Shown: one piece after another, positions 20,244-30,223 of the stretch
How positions within the stretch are numbered: position 1 is the stretch's first letter
Layout of the letters: each line of letters opens with the position of its first letter
The notes under the pieces: generated by a model
The model's database searches: none
Told to the model about the DNA's origin: nothing
What the model saw: only the letters and a program-made list of their open reading frames with translations
Position numbers and translations under genes: made by a program
NCBI GenBank assembly: GCA_039024555.1
Contig: JBCCQQ010000036.1
Location: 1-61,528, forward strand
Source of the DNA: Cyanobacteria bacterium P01_D01_bin.156
GTDB lineage: Bacteria > Cyanobacteriota > Cyanobacteriia > Phormidesmidales > Phormidesmidaceae
DNA length: 61,528 nucleotides
Reading direction: 5' to 3'

Positions 20244-20693
20244 AATTCAGATTTTCTCTAGCTATGTGACGGGAAACCAACATCGCACTATTCAAAATAT
20301 GGAATTATCCAATCACGGCCATCACTGAGGGCTCATGTTTTGACCCCGCTTACCACCGCAAATAATTACGAAAGATTGCTTTTTGTTAAAAAAACTATGG
20401 CAATTCACCTGTCTTACGAGTGCATTGCCTGGTGTTTAATCCACCGTGGTAGACTAAGTTCTGGCATTGCAGTGTTGGAAAGTATTGTCGCTAAAAGGGT
20501 TTCAGACTCTAAAAGCAGTGACAAGTCACTTAATCGGATGCTTAGCAGGCAGTTGGATCGCTCTTGCGCGTATTCTCATATTTAGAACCGGTCAGTCATA
20601 GACCAGTTACTGAGTGAGAATTTCCCCCTAGCTTGATTCCAAGTTTTTATTGTTTTTGAGTCTCACATTAATCGCACTGGGAGAAAGGATTTC

Positions 20694-21203
20694 ATGCGGG
20701 ATACGGTGACGGGTTTAATCAGCACCTACGACATCACAGGTCGCTATCTCGACCGCAACGCCATTGATTCTCTAAAAGCTTATTTTGGTAGTGGTGCAGA
20801 TCGGGTGAAAGCCGCTGCCTATATCAGTGCCAATGCATCTAGCTTAGTAAAAGCTACGGCCACTGCACTTTACGAGCGCATTCCCGAGTTACTCCGTCCA
20901 GGTGGTAATTCGTATACAACTCGTCGCTATGCAGCCTGTCTGCGCGATCTTGACTATTATTTGCGCTACAGCAGCTATGCGCTAGTGGCTGGTAACTGTG
21001 ATGTCCTGACAGAGAGAGTCTTGAATGGGCTTCGGGAAACTTATAACTCTTTGGAAGTTCCTGTTGGCCCTACTGTGATTGGCATCTTAATTATGCGAGA
21101 TGTTTTGAAAGAGAAGCTATCTGCTGAGGGCATCAGTGACACAACGTTTGTGGATGTTCCATTTGAGCATCTTGCTCGTGAGTTAGGCGAAGTTAGTGTC
21201 TAG
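20694..21203 (+). CDS. apcF: Allophycocyanin beta-18 subunit
   Basis: 169 aa; MRDTVTGLISTYDITGRYLDR and GGNSYTTRRYAACLRD; divergent from glnA, a known cyanobacterial arrangement. Confidence 0.92.
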   Translation: MRDTVTGLISTYDITGRYLDRNAIDSLKAYFGSGADRVKAAAYISANASSLVKATATALYERIPELLRPGGNSYTTRRYAACLRDLDYYLRYSSYALVAGNCDVLTERVLNGLRETYNSLEVPVGPTVIGILIMRDVLKEKLSAEGISDTTFVDVPFEHLARELGEVSV

Positions 21204-21251
21204 CGCTCATGGGCTCGGCAATTCAATACGACAATTCAATAATTTAATGGT

Positions 21252-21279
21252 GAGGTGCTCAGAAGAGTACCTCTTTTTT
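21252..21279 (+). terminator. apcF terminator
   Basis: GAGGTGCTC-AGAA-GAGTACCTC followed by a T-run. Confidence 0.8.
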
Positions 21280-21365
21280 ATTTGGCTAAGCTAAAACGAT
21301 GTGGCCCTAGGAGTTAGGCCATCTGTTTTACACTCAGATTCTGAACAGGTGGGACTTCTAACACT

Positions 21366-22616
21366 ATGGATAGGCAGCTTTTTCTAGGCATTGATTTTGG
21401 CACTTCTGGCGCTAGGGCGATCGCAATTGACGCTGGGGGCAATATTTGTACCGAAACCCGTTGCTCGTATCCATCTGACCAGGCTGAAGCTGATGACTGG
21501 CGCGACACCCTATGGGCCCTATTGGATCAATTACCAGAGTCCATACGCAAGCGCATTCAAGCAATAGCCATCGATGGCACATCAGCAACCGTATTGCTGT
21601 GCGATCGTGATAATACGCCTCTCACCCCCCCGCTCCTCTACAACGATGCTCGTGGTCTAATTCCGCATCTAGCTCCTACAGATAGTCCTGCCCACAGCAC
21701 CACTTCTAGCCTAGCCAAAGCCCTATGGTGGTTCCAACATTTACCCGCACAAATTCTGCACAAAGCCTGTTACTTAATGCATCAGGCCGACTGGCTAAGC
21801 AGCCTACTTCATGGCAAACCTGGCATCAGCGATTACAATAACGCCCTCAAGCTGGGATACGATCCTCAGACCCTCAGCTACCCGGCCTGGCTGCAAGCAT
21901 TAGAAATTAGGCATTGGTTCCCCAATGTAATCGCCCCTGGCGAGACAATAACGACCATTCAAACCGATGTAGCGCAGCGTTTTGGCATCCCCGAGCAGTG
22001 CCTTCTTAAAACTGGCACAACTGATAGCATTGCAGCGTTTTTAGCCAGCGGTGCCAGTGCGCCAGGAGATGGCGTCACCTCCCTCGGTTCAACATTGGTG
22101 ATCAAATTACTCAGCACACATCCTATCAATGATGCTTCCAGCGGGATTTACAGTCATCGTTTAGGAAACAGTTGGCTCGTAGGTGGCGCATCCAATACCG
22201 GAGGAGCCGTTCTACGCAAGTACTTTAGTGATCAGGAACTACATTCTCTCAGCGGTTTGATCGATGCAAGCAAGCCCAGTGGTCTCGATTACTATCCACT
22301 GCTGCGCCCAGGAGAACGCTTCCCCATCCATGATCCACAACTGCCCCCTAAACTAACCCCCCGCCCTGCGAAACCAGCCCACTTTCTCCATGGTTTGCTG
22401 GAAAGCATGGCACGAATTGAAGCGCTGGGATATCAAAAGCTAATGCAGCTGGGTAGTGTAGCTGCCAGCCGAGTCTACACCACAGGCGGCGGCGCTCAAA
22501 ACCCAATATGGCAACAGCTGCGGGCTCAAGCCTTAAATATCCCCGTAGTGCCACCATCACATACTGAAGCAGCCTATGGGACTGCTCGTTTGGCAGCCGG
22601 TTTATACATGCGGTAA
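21366..22616 (+). CDS. FGGY-family carbohydrate kinase
   Basis: LGIDFGTSG, IDGTS, GTTDSIAAF, SLGSTL, GGASNTGG and TGGGAQN. Confidence 0.9.
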   Translation: MDRQLFLGIDFGTSGARAIAIDAGGNICTETRCSYPSDQAEADDWRDTLWALLDQLPESIRKRIQAIAIDGTSATVLLCDRDNTPLTPPLLYNDARGLIPHLAPTDSPAHSTTSSLAKALWWFQHLPAQILHKACYLMHQADWLSSLLHGKPGISDYNNALKLGYDPQTLSYPAWLQALEIRHWFPNVIAPGETITTIQTDVAQRFGIPEQCLLKTGTTDSIAAFLASGASAPGDGVTSLGSTLVIKLLSTHPINDASSGIYSHRLGNSWLVGGASNTGGAVLRKYFSDQELHSLSGLIDASKPSGLDYYPLLRPGERFPIHDPQLPPKLTPRPAKPAHFLHGLLESMARIEALGYQKLMQLGSVAASRVYTTGGGAQNPIWQQLRAQALNIPVVPPSHTEAAYGTARLAAGLYMR

Positions 22617-22657
22617 GGCAACATCCATAAACCTATCGCTGACATCAATAGCCAATC

Positions 22658-22687
22658 AAAAAAGCCAGCGCTCCACAAGCGTTGGCT
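22658..22687 (-). terminator. Terminator between the convergent FGGY kinase and petG
   Basis: AGCCAGCGCT-CCACA-AGCGTTGGCT, with a T-run on the minus strand. Confidence 0.7.
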
Positions 22688-22713
22688 AAAAAAATTGAAA
22701 CGTAACTCAGTAC

Positions 22714-22827
22714 TTAGAAATTCAGCTGATCACCACGGCGATACTGCATGTAGGCTGCAACAAACAAGCCAGCAAGGGTCACTGGAATCAGACCTAAAAC
22801 TATTCCTAACAATAAAGGTTCAATCAC
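22714..22827 (-). CDS. petG: Cytochrome b6f subunit V (not in the ORF track)
   Basis: Manual translation from [40 protein letters not shown] (37 aa). Confidence 0.96.
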   Translation of the reverse strand: MIEPLLLGIVLGLIPVTLAGLFVAAYMQYRRGDQLNF

Positions 22828-23262
22828 GCCGTCTTTCCTCAATCGTATAAAGCTCACAGAAGCAATGTCCACCTCACATTGCTTAACCTAACCCTATATT
22901 AAGCCATCTCCATACATGAGCCTACCCTTTGCCCAAAAGCCCGAACGAGAGTAGTGCTTCGAAACGAATAAAACGTCACTGCTTATTTCTAGAGCAGCTT
23001 TCTTATGAAAGCATTGCTATCAAAGGATTACAGAAATTGAAAAAGCTAATTTCCAACCTGCACAAAGCACTAAACAAATACCCTCAATTTTGAAGCTGGT
23101 TAGATGATGAGAGTCACAGGATCGAAATAAATTGCAATGCGACCTTAACGAAGACTATAGATTTCAAGGTCACTTTTCAATTGAAATGGCTTGCGTAGCC
23201 TTATCAGAAAACTTTAAAGTATGTATCATTACGCGTAATGAAAAACTGTTACGTCTTAACCT

Positions 23263-23673
23263 GTGACTCAAAAAGCACTCGATAATTCAAGTCTTACCCA
23301 AGACTCTGCTGACAGCCAAAGCAATAGGTTGATCGTTCAGTTTGTTTTAGCAGCCACAACGATTTTAGTGTGTGTTTTACTTATTGTTTGGGGAATTCAC
23401 AAACTGCAAGTGTCAGATCCTTATGTACATGATGTTTTAGCTGCCAGTGGAGATTTTGAACGGGGTCAACAGCTATTTTGGCAAAACTGTGCAACTTGCC
23501 ATGGCTCAGAAGGAACTGGAGAGGTAGGGCCTGATTTACAACGAGTGTCTGAACGAAAATCACAGGTAGCGCTCATTAAGCAGGTGATTAGCGGGAAAAC
23601 GCCACCAATGCCACAGTTTCAGCCAAATACACAGGATATGGCTGATCTTTTAGAGTTCTTAAATAGTCTTTAG
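23263..23673 (+). CDS. cytM: Cytochrome cM-like c-type cytochrome
   Basis: N-terminal TM, CATCH haem motif, GPDL and TPPMPQFQP; adjacent to petG. Confidence 0.85.
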   Translation: MTQKALDNSSLTQDSADSQSNRLIVQFVLAATTILVCVLLIVWGIHKLQVSDPYVHDVLAASGDFERGQQLFWQNCATCHGSEGTGEVGPDLQRVSERKSQVALIKQVISGKTPPMPQFQPNTQDMADLLEFLNSL

Positions 23674-23711
23674 AGCTGGCGTAACACGTTATGCTTATAA
23701 CCTTTCTTCCA

Positions 23712-24773
23712 TCAGGAGCTTGATTTGCCAATGCGCTCCAGGCCGAACTGAATCAGCTTATCAATCAACTGATCAAAGTCTAGGCCAGAAGCTTTCCACA
23801 GCATGGGGTACATGCTGGTCGCTGTGAATCCAGGAAAGGTATTAACTTCATTGATTAATACTTCACCGGTAGCTTCAATATAGAAAAAGTCAACCCTCGA
23901 TAATCCTGCTCCATCAATTGCTTGAAATGCTTGAATAGCTTGCTCTTTAATGATGTTGACTACATCATTAGGCAACTTAGCAGGAATGGTTAAATCAGCT
24001 TGACCACTGGTGTACTTAGTTTCATAGTCATAAAAATCAGCTGCAAAGCTAATTTCACCGATGACGGATGCTTTAGGGTTGTCATTCCCTAAAACAGCAC
24101 ATTCAACTTCACGGGCAACCACACTCGCTTCTACAATAATTCGGCGATCGTAGCTGGCAGCATTATCCAGTGCAGCTTCAAGTTCTTGACGATCCTTGGC
24201 CTTTGCAATACCCACGGACGATCCTAAGTTTGCTGGTTTGACAAAGCAGGGATAACCCAGAGCTGCTTCGATATCGTCGCAGAGTTTGGGAAACACACAG
24301 GGGTTAGAGTAAACTTGCGATCGCAAAACCTCCAGATATTTCACCTGAGGCAAACCTACCTTTGCAAACGCAGACTTCATGGCTAGCTTATCCATACCCA
24401 CCGCAGAAGCAAGCACGCCACACCCCACGTAGGGAGTTTGCATCAATTCAAACAGCCCCTGAATGGTCCCGTCTTCACCATTAGGACCATGGAGCACAGG
24501 AAACCAAATATCCACATCCACGTCTGCAGGGGGAATACGGTTGGTTGCAGAAACTGGATCATCACCAAAACTCAACGGCTCTCCATCAGTTAACACCGCC
24601 TCAGCATTTGTCACCCAAACACCATCTTTTCGGATATAAACGGGGATGATCTCATACTTCTCAGCATTACCCTTTAGCCTCAATCCTCGGGCAATCGCCT
24701 GGGCGGAGTAAATGGAGACCTCATGCTCCCCAGAACAGCCCCCAAACAGTAAACCGACACGAATTTTTGCCAT
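23712..24773 (-). CDS. ddl: D-alanine--D-alanine ligase
   Basis: [40 protein letters not shown] and [10 protein letters not shown]. Confidence 0.96.
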   Translation of the reverse strand: MAKIRVGLLFGGCSGEHEVSIYSAQAIARGLRLKGNAEKYEIIPVYIRKDGVWVTNAEAVLTDGEPLSFGDDPVSATNRIPPADVDVDIWFPVLHGPNGEDGTIQGLFELMQTPYVGCGVLASAVGMDKLAMKSAFAKVGLPQVKYLEVLRSQVYSNPCVFPKLCDDIEAALGYPCFVKPANLGSSVGIAKAKDRQELEAALDNAASYDRRIIVEASVVAREVECAVLGNDNPKASVIGEISFAADFYDYETKYTSGQADLTIPAKLPNDVVNIIKEQAIQAFQAIDGAGLSRVDFFYIEATGEVLINEVNTFPGFTATSMYPMLWKASGLDFDQLIDKLIQFGLERIGKSSS

Positions 24774-24996
24774 TAAGTTACCCCTTTAACGCCCTAAAAT
24801 GCTGTTTGCCAATTCCTCAGGAAACATAGCTAACCGTCAAAATATCATTAATGAATGGTCCTCTGTTGACTATTCGTAACAATTTTCGGTCCATGGGCCA
24901 TTACTTAACCACCAAGAATGGTAACGCTCTCAGAACTGTAGCCAAGGTAGGATAAGACTTCATCGGTTGACTGGCTCAGCACGCGCCCCCATGGGC

Positions 24997-25057
24997 AAAA
25001 AAAAACTCCCAAGCTCCAAAAGAGCCCAGGAGTTAGACATCAGGGTGCATCTACCAA
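24997..25057 (-). ncRNA. nsiR1: NsiR1-like small RNA, copy 1 (about 60 nt)
   Basis: Begins GGTAGATGCACCCTGAT, matching the NsiR1 5' sequence as I recall it; ends in a 13-bp hairpin plus U-run; TCCGGA lies about 35 nt upstream. Confidence 0.75.
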
Positions 25058-25085
25058 ATAACTGTCCACAGCACGACATCTAACT

Positions 25086-25091
25086 TCCGGA
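25086..25091 (-). promoter_or_regulatory. DIF1-like TCCGGA motif for copy 1
   Basis: TCCGGA is separated by 30 nt from GGTAG, i.e. at about -35. Confidence 0.7.
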
Positions 25092-25211
25092 CAGAACAAA
25101 AAATCTATATCATCAATAACGAACTGCATTCAGTGCAACACTTACTCCATCACATTTATTATCTAAATCTTTGCTTGCAAGTCACGTTTTGAGTCATAAC
25201 TGCAACAGAAC

Positions 25212-25272
25212 AAAAAAAGACCCCTAAGCTCCAAAAGAGCCCAGGAGTCAGACATCAGGGTGCATCTACCAA
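25212..25272 (-). ncRNA. nsiR1: NsiR1-like small RNA, copy 2 (about 60 nt)
   Basis: Same 5' sequence, offset 215 bp; hairpin differences from copy 1 preserve pairing. Confidence 0.75.
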
Positions 25273-25300
25273 ATAACTGTCCACAGCACGACACCTAACG

Positions 25301-25306
25301 TCCGGA
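25301..25306 (-). promoter_or_regulatory. DIF1-like TCCGGA motif for copy 2
   Basis: Same spacing to GGTAG as in copy 1. Confidence 0.7.
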
Positions 25307-25441
25307 CAGAACAAAAAATCTACCTGGAGTTACGGACTGTGCTCATCAGCTCAAAAAAACCATCAAGATTGTAGAGTTGGCGTGAAAAAACGAACATGAC
25401 CAGAGATAATGCCATTGGAACTTTGACCTGAAGCCAAATCT

Positions 25442-25759
25442 GTGAAGTATTTTTTCTTGTCCGATGGCTGGACCACTGGCAGGGTATGGGAATTCGGCGG
25501 CCTGTGGAACGAACTTGCCTGGCAGCGCAAACCCATCATTAAAAAACTAGAACTCTATATCGAGGAAGCTAGTGAAAAATTATGGCTTTATCAGGTTGAA
25601 GACGCTGTCCTCATGGTTGAAGTCATGCCTGCAGGAGCAACCAGCAATTCTATTGGGCAAGTCGTCCTTAAACGACTGATTTCCGCTGAGCAAGTCATTG
25701 AAAAGCTTTGTGAGACAACGATTTCAACTTCAGTTGTCGTATCTATCCCGGTCAAGTAA
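25442..25759 (+). CDS. Conserved cyanobacterial hypothetical protein
   Basis: MKYFFLSDGW..GRVWE.GGLW, WLYQVEDAVLMVEV and IGQVVLKRL look like a conserved small family; GTG start. Confidence 0.75.
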   Translation: MKYFFLSDGWTTGRVWEFGGLWNELAWQRKPIIKKLELYIEEASEKLWLYQVEDAVLMVEVMPAGATSNSIGQVVLKRLISAEQVIEKLCETTISTSVVVSIPVK

Positions 25760-25867
25760 CTCAACGACCTTAGAGCAACGAGCACATTAGAATTAAAGTC
25801 CTCAGCCGCTCGCCATATCCCCCTGGCAGGCCACAGGTACCCAGCCCTGCAACCTGCGCAGAGCGAC

Positions 25868-27706
25868 CTAAAGTGTTGCCCTGAGATTACTAACCGCCCG
25901 TTGCAAAGAGGCCAATGCTCGGTTGTAACCTAACGCCGCACTTACCCAATTACCCTCTGCTTGTGTTAATTCAGACTGAGATGTCAATACATCCAACTGT
26001 GTGCCGACACCAGCATCCAGTCGCAAATTGGCTAGTTCTAGAGCTGTAGATGCCTGTGTAACTGCGGTACGTGCTGTCCTAACATTTTCCTCATTGGCTC
26101 GGAGCGTGAAGTAAGCTTGCTCAACTTCAAAACGGATCAGATCTAGCTGTTCAGAATAACGTTCTTCGGCAATCTCAGCATTCAATTCCTGCTGACGTGC
26201 ACTAGCACGGGCCGCTCCACCATCAGCAAGGACCATATTGAACTCAACCCCAAATGAAAATTCTTCCCCAGCACCAATATCAAAGGAATCATTATTATTG
26301 TCATCAATGAGATCGGTCGAGAGAGTGCGGTACTGAGCGAACAGATTGACTTGAGGACCATTGGCAGCTCGAATAGCCCGAGCTTGCTGCAAACCAATCT
26401 CCCGTTGAGCCAACTGCTGCTCAAGTTCAACCCGACTTTGAAAAGCGAGCAAAATACTATCTTCTAAGGTTAAACTCCAGCGTTCGTAAGTATCTTCCCA
26501 ACTATCTGGAGCGGGGACTGGGGTAGCGTTTAAATTTATGGTGGATGGGATATTGAGTAATCGGGCCAAGTTTCGTCGAGCAATTCGTTGCTGAGACTCG
26601 GACTGAATTAAGTCTTGCTGAGCGTTGGCTAACTGTACATCCGCACGCAGTACATCAAAGCGAGTACCGACCCCAGCCTGACGACGCAACTCATTATCTC
26701 GCTGATTTCGTTGCGCCTCTTCTACAAATGCCTGGTTAATTCGTATTTGTTCACCACTTTCTTGGAGGTCGTAATAAAGGCTTGTGGTATCCAATCTCAG
26801 CTCTTCACGCCGCCGTTCTACCTCAAGCTCATTCAAACGAACCTGTTCTTTGGCCGCTCGGACATTAGCAAGACGCTGACCTGACGTAAAAACGTCATAT
26901 TCAGCCCGTAAGGGAATTATGCTCAAAGCGGTAGCAGTACTAGTCCCGTCAGGATCTCCAGTTAACAAACCAGATGACGTAGTTCTAGTCACATTTGCGT
27001 TCGTAATTGCAGAGGGAGAAAATGCGGCCCGCGCCTGAGCCAAAGATGCTTCTGCCTGATCGAGTTCCAGTAACGCTACCTGCAAATCTTGATTATTAAA
27101 GTAGGCAAGTTCAAGCGCTTCTTCTAATGCAATCGTTTGTTCATCCTCTAGAACTACTTCTGACTCCAATGTTGGTAGGCTCAACGGGTTTGGATCAGCC
27201 AGCAGATTTGTGGGCGGTAAAGCGCTTTCCTGCAGTAAATCAGATTCCGCCGTCGAAGGAGCTTGGCCGGTTTCCGGGATAATTTCACCAGAGGATTGAT
27301 TGATTGATTCTTCGACCTGCGTCGGTTCTTCTGCAGATTGATCAATCGTGCCAGCCTCTCCACTATCAAAGGTATCAGCCTCTTCATTACCTTCATCAGA
27401 CGGTAAACTTGGCAGCTGAGTTAACTGAGTTAGTTCAGCAGGTATCAACACGCGACTATTCTTTCCAGAAAAGACTGGGCCACCTAAACTGGACAGGGCT
27501 GCAGGAGCAAACACGCTCGGTGAGACATCTAACAGACGTGCTTCTGAAACAGGCTCTATTTCAAGGGCCAGCTGTGATGAAGGTGAACTTACCCTAGCAT
27601 CGGCACTATCCACTGAAGCCTTAGCGAATACTGGCAGTGGCAGTAAGGAGAGGGTACCCCCTAAAAGCGCAAGCCGAAGTAAGCATGATTGGTTGATGTA
27701 TCCCAT
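25868..27706 (-). CDS. TolC-family outer membrane efflux protein
   Basis: Two OEP repeats (AGVGTRFDVLRA and AGVGTQLDVLTS) after an acidic low-complexity N-terminal region; start at ATG 27706 is inferred. Confidence 0.9.
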   Translation of the reverse strand: MGYINQSCLLRLALLGGTLSLLPLPVFAKASVDSADARVSSPSSQLALEIEPVSEARLLDVSPSVFAPAALSSLGGPVFSGKNSRVLIPAELTQLTQLPSLPSDEGNEEADTFDSGEAGTIDQSAEEPTQVEESINQSSGEIIPETGQAPSTAESDLLQESALPPTNLLADPNPLSLPTLESEVVLEDEQTIALEEALELAYFNNQDLQVALLELDQAEASLAQARAAFSPSAITNANVTRTTSSGLLTGDPDGTSTATALSIIPLRAEYDVFTSGQRLANVRAAKEQVRLNELEVERRREELRLDTTSLYYDLQESGEQIRINQAFVEEAQRNQRDNELRRQAGVGTRFDVLRADVQLANAQQDLIQSESQQRIARRNLARLLNIPSTINLNATPVPAPDSWEDTYERWSLTLEDSILLAFQSRVELEQQLAQREIGLQQARAIRAANGPQVNLFAQYRTLSTDLIDDNNNDSFDIGAGEEFSFGVEFNMVLADGGAARASARQQELNAEIAEERYSEQLDLIRFEVEQAYFTLRANEENVRTARTAVTQASTALELANLRLDAGVGTQLDVLTSQSELTQAEGNWVSAALGYNRALASLQRAVSNLRATL

Positions 27707-27874
27707 GGTGTTTGCGTCAATGTATAGCGAATAAATGTATGAGTTCTGGCACAAGCAAGTTAGGACTGCCAACGATCATAAAGGTCACCGACAGGAATGA
27801 TACCCCTATTGTTCAAACTGATAGTTGCAATGTCCGGGTTGGGCAGTTTAAAGCGCTAATAGATACAGGCAAAA

Positions 27875-29233
27875 TTAGAGTGCATCTCTGGCGGCACAAG
27901 CTTTGAGCAAACCATCAATGCCATCCACTGGTAAGACTGAGCACTGTAACTCATCTGCCAAGGATGCAAGCGTCATATCATCCAGAAAATAGGTATCTTC
28001 AGGCCCGGTTTTTGCTCCTTTTTTCAGCATTAGAGCTGGTAAAAGAACCGCATCACCCAAATGACGTCTTTTTAATTTTCCTAAGATATCGTAACCCGTT
28101 AGTAGCCCGGTCACCGTAATCTCTTGGCCCCAGTAGTCACTATTGAGAGCGGCCATGGTTACGGTGAGCCCCTGGACTTGGTTCAGCCTCTTCACGATGG
28201 GCTCAAAGGCTTTTTCTACTGCATTACCGACCACCCAAGTGAAGTGTTTTGGCTCTTTGATTTGATTGGGTAAACTTTGGGCTGCTTGGTCAAACTGTTT
28301 GAGAAACAGCCGAATTGACCCCACACCATTACCAATTTGGGGATAGGTTTCATAGTGGCTCTCTGGTGGTAGCGGCTGGCGCGCAATTAAGAACCATTCA
28401 TCGGCAAGCCAGGCAAAGGTGGAACCTAAGGTTGCTTTAAATTCTTGTTGCAGTTCCTGAACTTGAGCAATCACCTCATTGGCTTTGGCTGTACTGACTG
28501 GAATCAGTTCATCCTCAGCAGGACGAAAGCGAGTTAGACCAACGGGTACCACGGCAGCAGAGGCAACGGCAGGCACATCTCCCTGATGAAACTTAGCCAA
28601 ATCTCGTAATGTTTGCTCTACATGGGGACCATCGTTAATACCAGGACACACCACAACCTGAGCATGAATCTGCAGACGGTGCTCTTGAAACCACCGTAAT
28701 TGCTCTAAAAGCAGGCCTGCTCGTGGGTTCTTGAGTAACCGTTGCCGCACTTTCGGCTCAGTAGCATGGACAGAAACAAACAGCGGAGACAACCTTAAGC
28801 GGGCAATGCGATCCCACTCAGCAGGCGGTAAGTTCGTCAGTGTGAGATAGCTACCATAGAGAAAGCTCAGACGGTAATCATCATCTTTGAGGTACAGGGT
28901 GTCGCGCTTACCAGGCGGTTGCTGGTCAATAAAGCAGAACGGGCACTTGTTGTTGCATTGAATGAGGTTATCAAATAGTGCGCTTTCAAATTCCAGCCCA
29001 AGATCTTCATCGAAATCTTTTTCAATTTCAACGGTATGAGCTGTCCCAGCTACGTCAACGACTTCTAAAGTCAACCACTCGTCTGAACATAGAAATCGAT
29101 AATCAATCAGGTCACGAGGGCGTTCTCCATTGATTGAAACTATCTGATCTCCAGGTTCAAAACCAATGTCTTCTGCAATGGAATCTGACAGGACACTGGT
29201 AATGACGGCTGGCTGAATAGACCCACTACGCAT
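27875..29233 (-). CDS. TIGR03279-type radical SAM-like protein (PDZ plus DUF512)
   Basis: CNNKCPFC, KDDDYRLSFLYGSYLTLTN, ADEWF and NGVG. Confidence 0.9.
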   Translation of the reverse strand: MRSGSIQPAVITSVLSDSIAEDIGFEPGDQIVSINGERPRDLIDYRFLCSDEWLTLEVVDVAGTAHTVEIEKDFDEDLGLEFESALFDNLIQCNNKCPFCFIDQQPPGKRDTLYLKDDDYRLSFLYGSYLTLTNLPPAEWDRIARLRLSPLFVSVHATEPKVRQRLLKNPRAGLLLEQLRWFQEHRLQIHAQVVVCPGINDGPHVEQTLRDLAKFHQGDVPAVASAAVVPVGLTRFRPAEDELIPVSTAKANEVIAQVQELQQEFKATLGSTFAWLADEWFLIARQPLPPESHYETYPQIGNGVGSIRLFLKQFDQAAQSLPNQIKEPKHFTWVVGNAVEKAFEPIVKRLNQVQGLTVTMAALNSDYWGQEITVTGLLTGYDILGKLKRRHLGDAVLLPALMLKKGAKTGPEDTYFLDDMTLASLADELQCSVLPVDGIDGLLKACAARDAL

Positions 29234-29317
29234 AAGTACTTGCGCTAGACAATTACTCCATCATACTGAGCCTACAGAAAGCTGAGGGGCGATTATTTTA
29301 GTTTCGGCAATATTGTT

Positions 29318-30223
29318 CTAGACGTTTTGAATGGTCTTTGTGGCTAATCCCAACAGAATAGCCACGCCAAATGCGAGTCGATACCATACGAAAATCCAGG
29401 TGCTATGGCGGCGCAGAAATTTGATCAGCCATGCGATCGCAAGATAAGAAGAAATCACGGCTGCAATCAACCCGCCAATTAAGGGCATCAGACTTGAATC
29501 GCCCACAGTAGACATTTCCTCCAGCAGCCCCTTCAGTTCTACTAGACCAGACAGCAAAATAGCTGGGGTCCCTAAAAGAAAGGAAAATCGAGCTGCCGTA
29601 TCACGCTTCAGCCCCAAGCATAGACCTGCTGTTAGGGTAGAGCCAGAACGAGAGACCCCTGGGACTAAAGCTAAAGCCTGCCCCAAGCCGACGCCAACGC
29701 CATCCCATAAATCTAACTTCTCAAAATCACGCTGGCGCTGCCCGACCTTTTCGGCAACCCCTAAGAGCAAAGCCATCACAATAGACGTAATTGCGATCGC
29801 TTGAGTACTGCGAATTACCGAAGTTTCGTATTGGGTTTCAAAAAATACCTTAATCAGAAATCCACAAAATACGATGGGAACCGTGCCCAAGATAATCCCC
29901 AGACCCAGACGGAAATCTGAAGATTGATAGCGCTTGGCAAGGGTAGCACTGACCATGTTGCGAGTCACGGTGGTCAAATCTTCCCAAAAGTACCAGAGAA
30001 TCGCTGCTAGACTGCCTAACTGAATCACAGCCGTAAACGCGACGCCCGGATCTCCCCATCCTAAAAGCACAGGCACTACCTTAACGTGGGCGGTACTGCT
30101 AATAGGCAGAAACTCAGTCAAACCCTGCACAAGACCAATCACAATAGCCTGGAATAAATTTATTTGTGCTGCTTGGCTGACAGGTGCCTGCGCCAAAAGC
30201 GCCAACGGTAGGCAAACGGTCAT
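29318..30223 (-). CDS. uppP: Undecaprenyl-diphosphate phosphatase
   Basis: GLVQGLTEFLPISSTAH, QLG, PGVSRSGST and ARFSFLL. Confidence 0.95.
   Translation of the reverse strand: MTVCLPLALLAQAPVSQAAQINLFQAIVIGLVQGLTEFLPISSTAHVKVVPVLLGWGDPGVAFTAVIQLGSLAAILWYFWEDLTTVTRNMVSATLAKRYQSSDFRLGLGIILGTVPIVFCGFLIKVFFETQYETSVIRSTQAIAITSIVMALLLGVAEKVGQRQRDFEKLDLWDGVGVGLGQALALVPGVSRSGSTLTAGLCLGLKRDTAARFSFLLGTPAILLSGLVELKGLLEEMSTVGDSSLMPLIGGLIAAVISSYLAIAWLIKFLRRHSTWIFVWYRLAFGVAILLGLATKTIQNV

Larger units (their letters stand above)
24997..25322. repeat. Direct repeat: two units of about 110 bp, period 215 bp
   Basis: About 24999-25107 versus 25214-25322, differing at only a handful of positions. Confidence 0.97.

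Noticed and set aside
20340..20585. 81-aa ORF between glnA and apcF
   Set aside because: TTG start, no RBS and no recognisable motif; most likely promoter or UTR DNA.
23235..23252. NtcA box upstream of cytM
   Set aside because: GTA and TAC are 12 nt apart, not 8.
24997..25322. CRISPR array or IS/MITE ends as the explanation for the direct repeat
   Set aside because: Only two ~110-bp units, each with promoter-RNA-terminator layout; no cas or transposase genes and no terminal inverted repeats.
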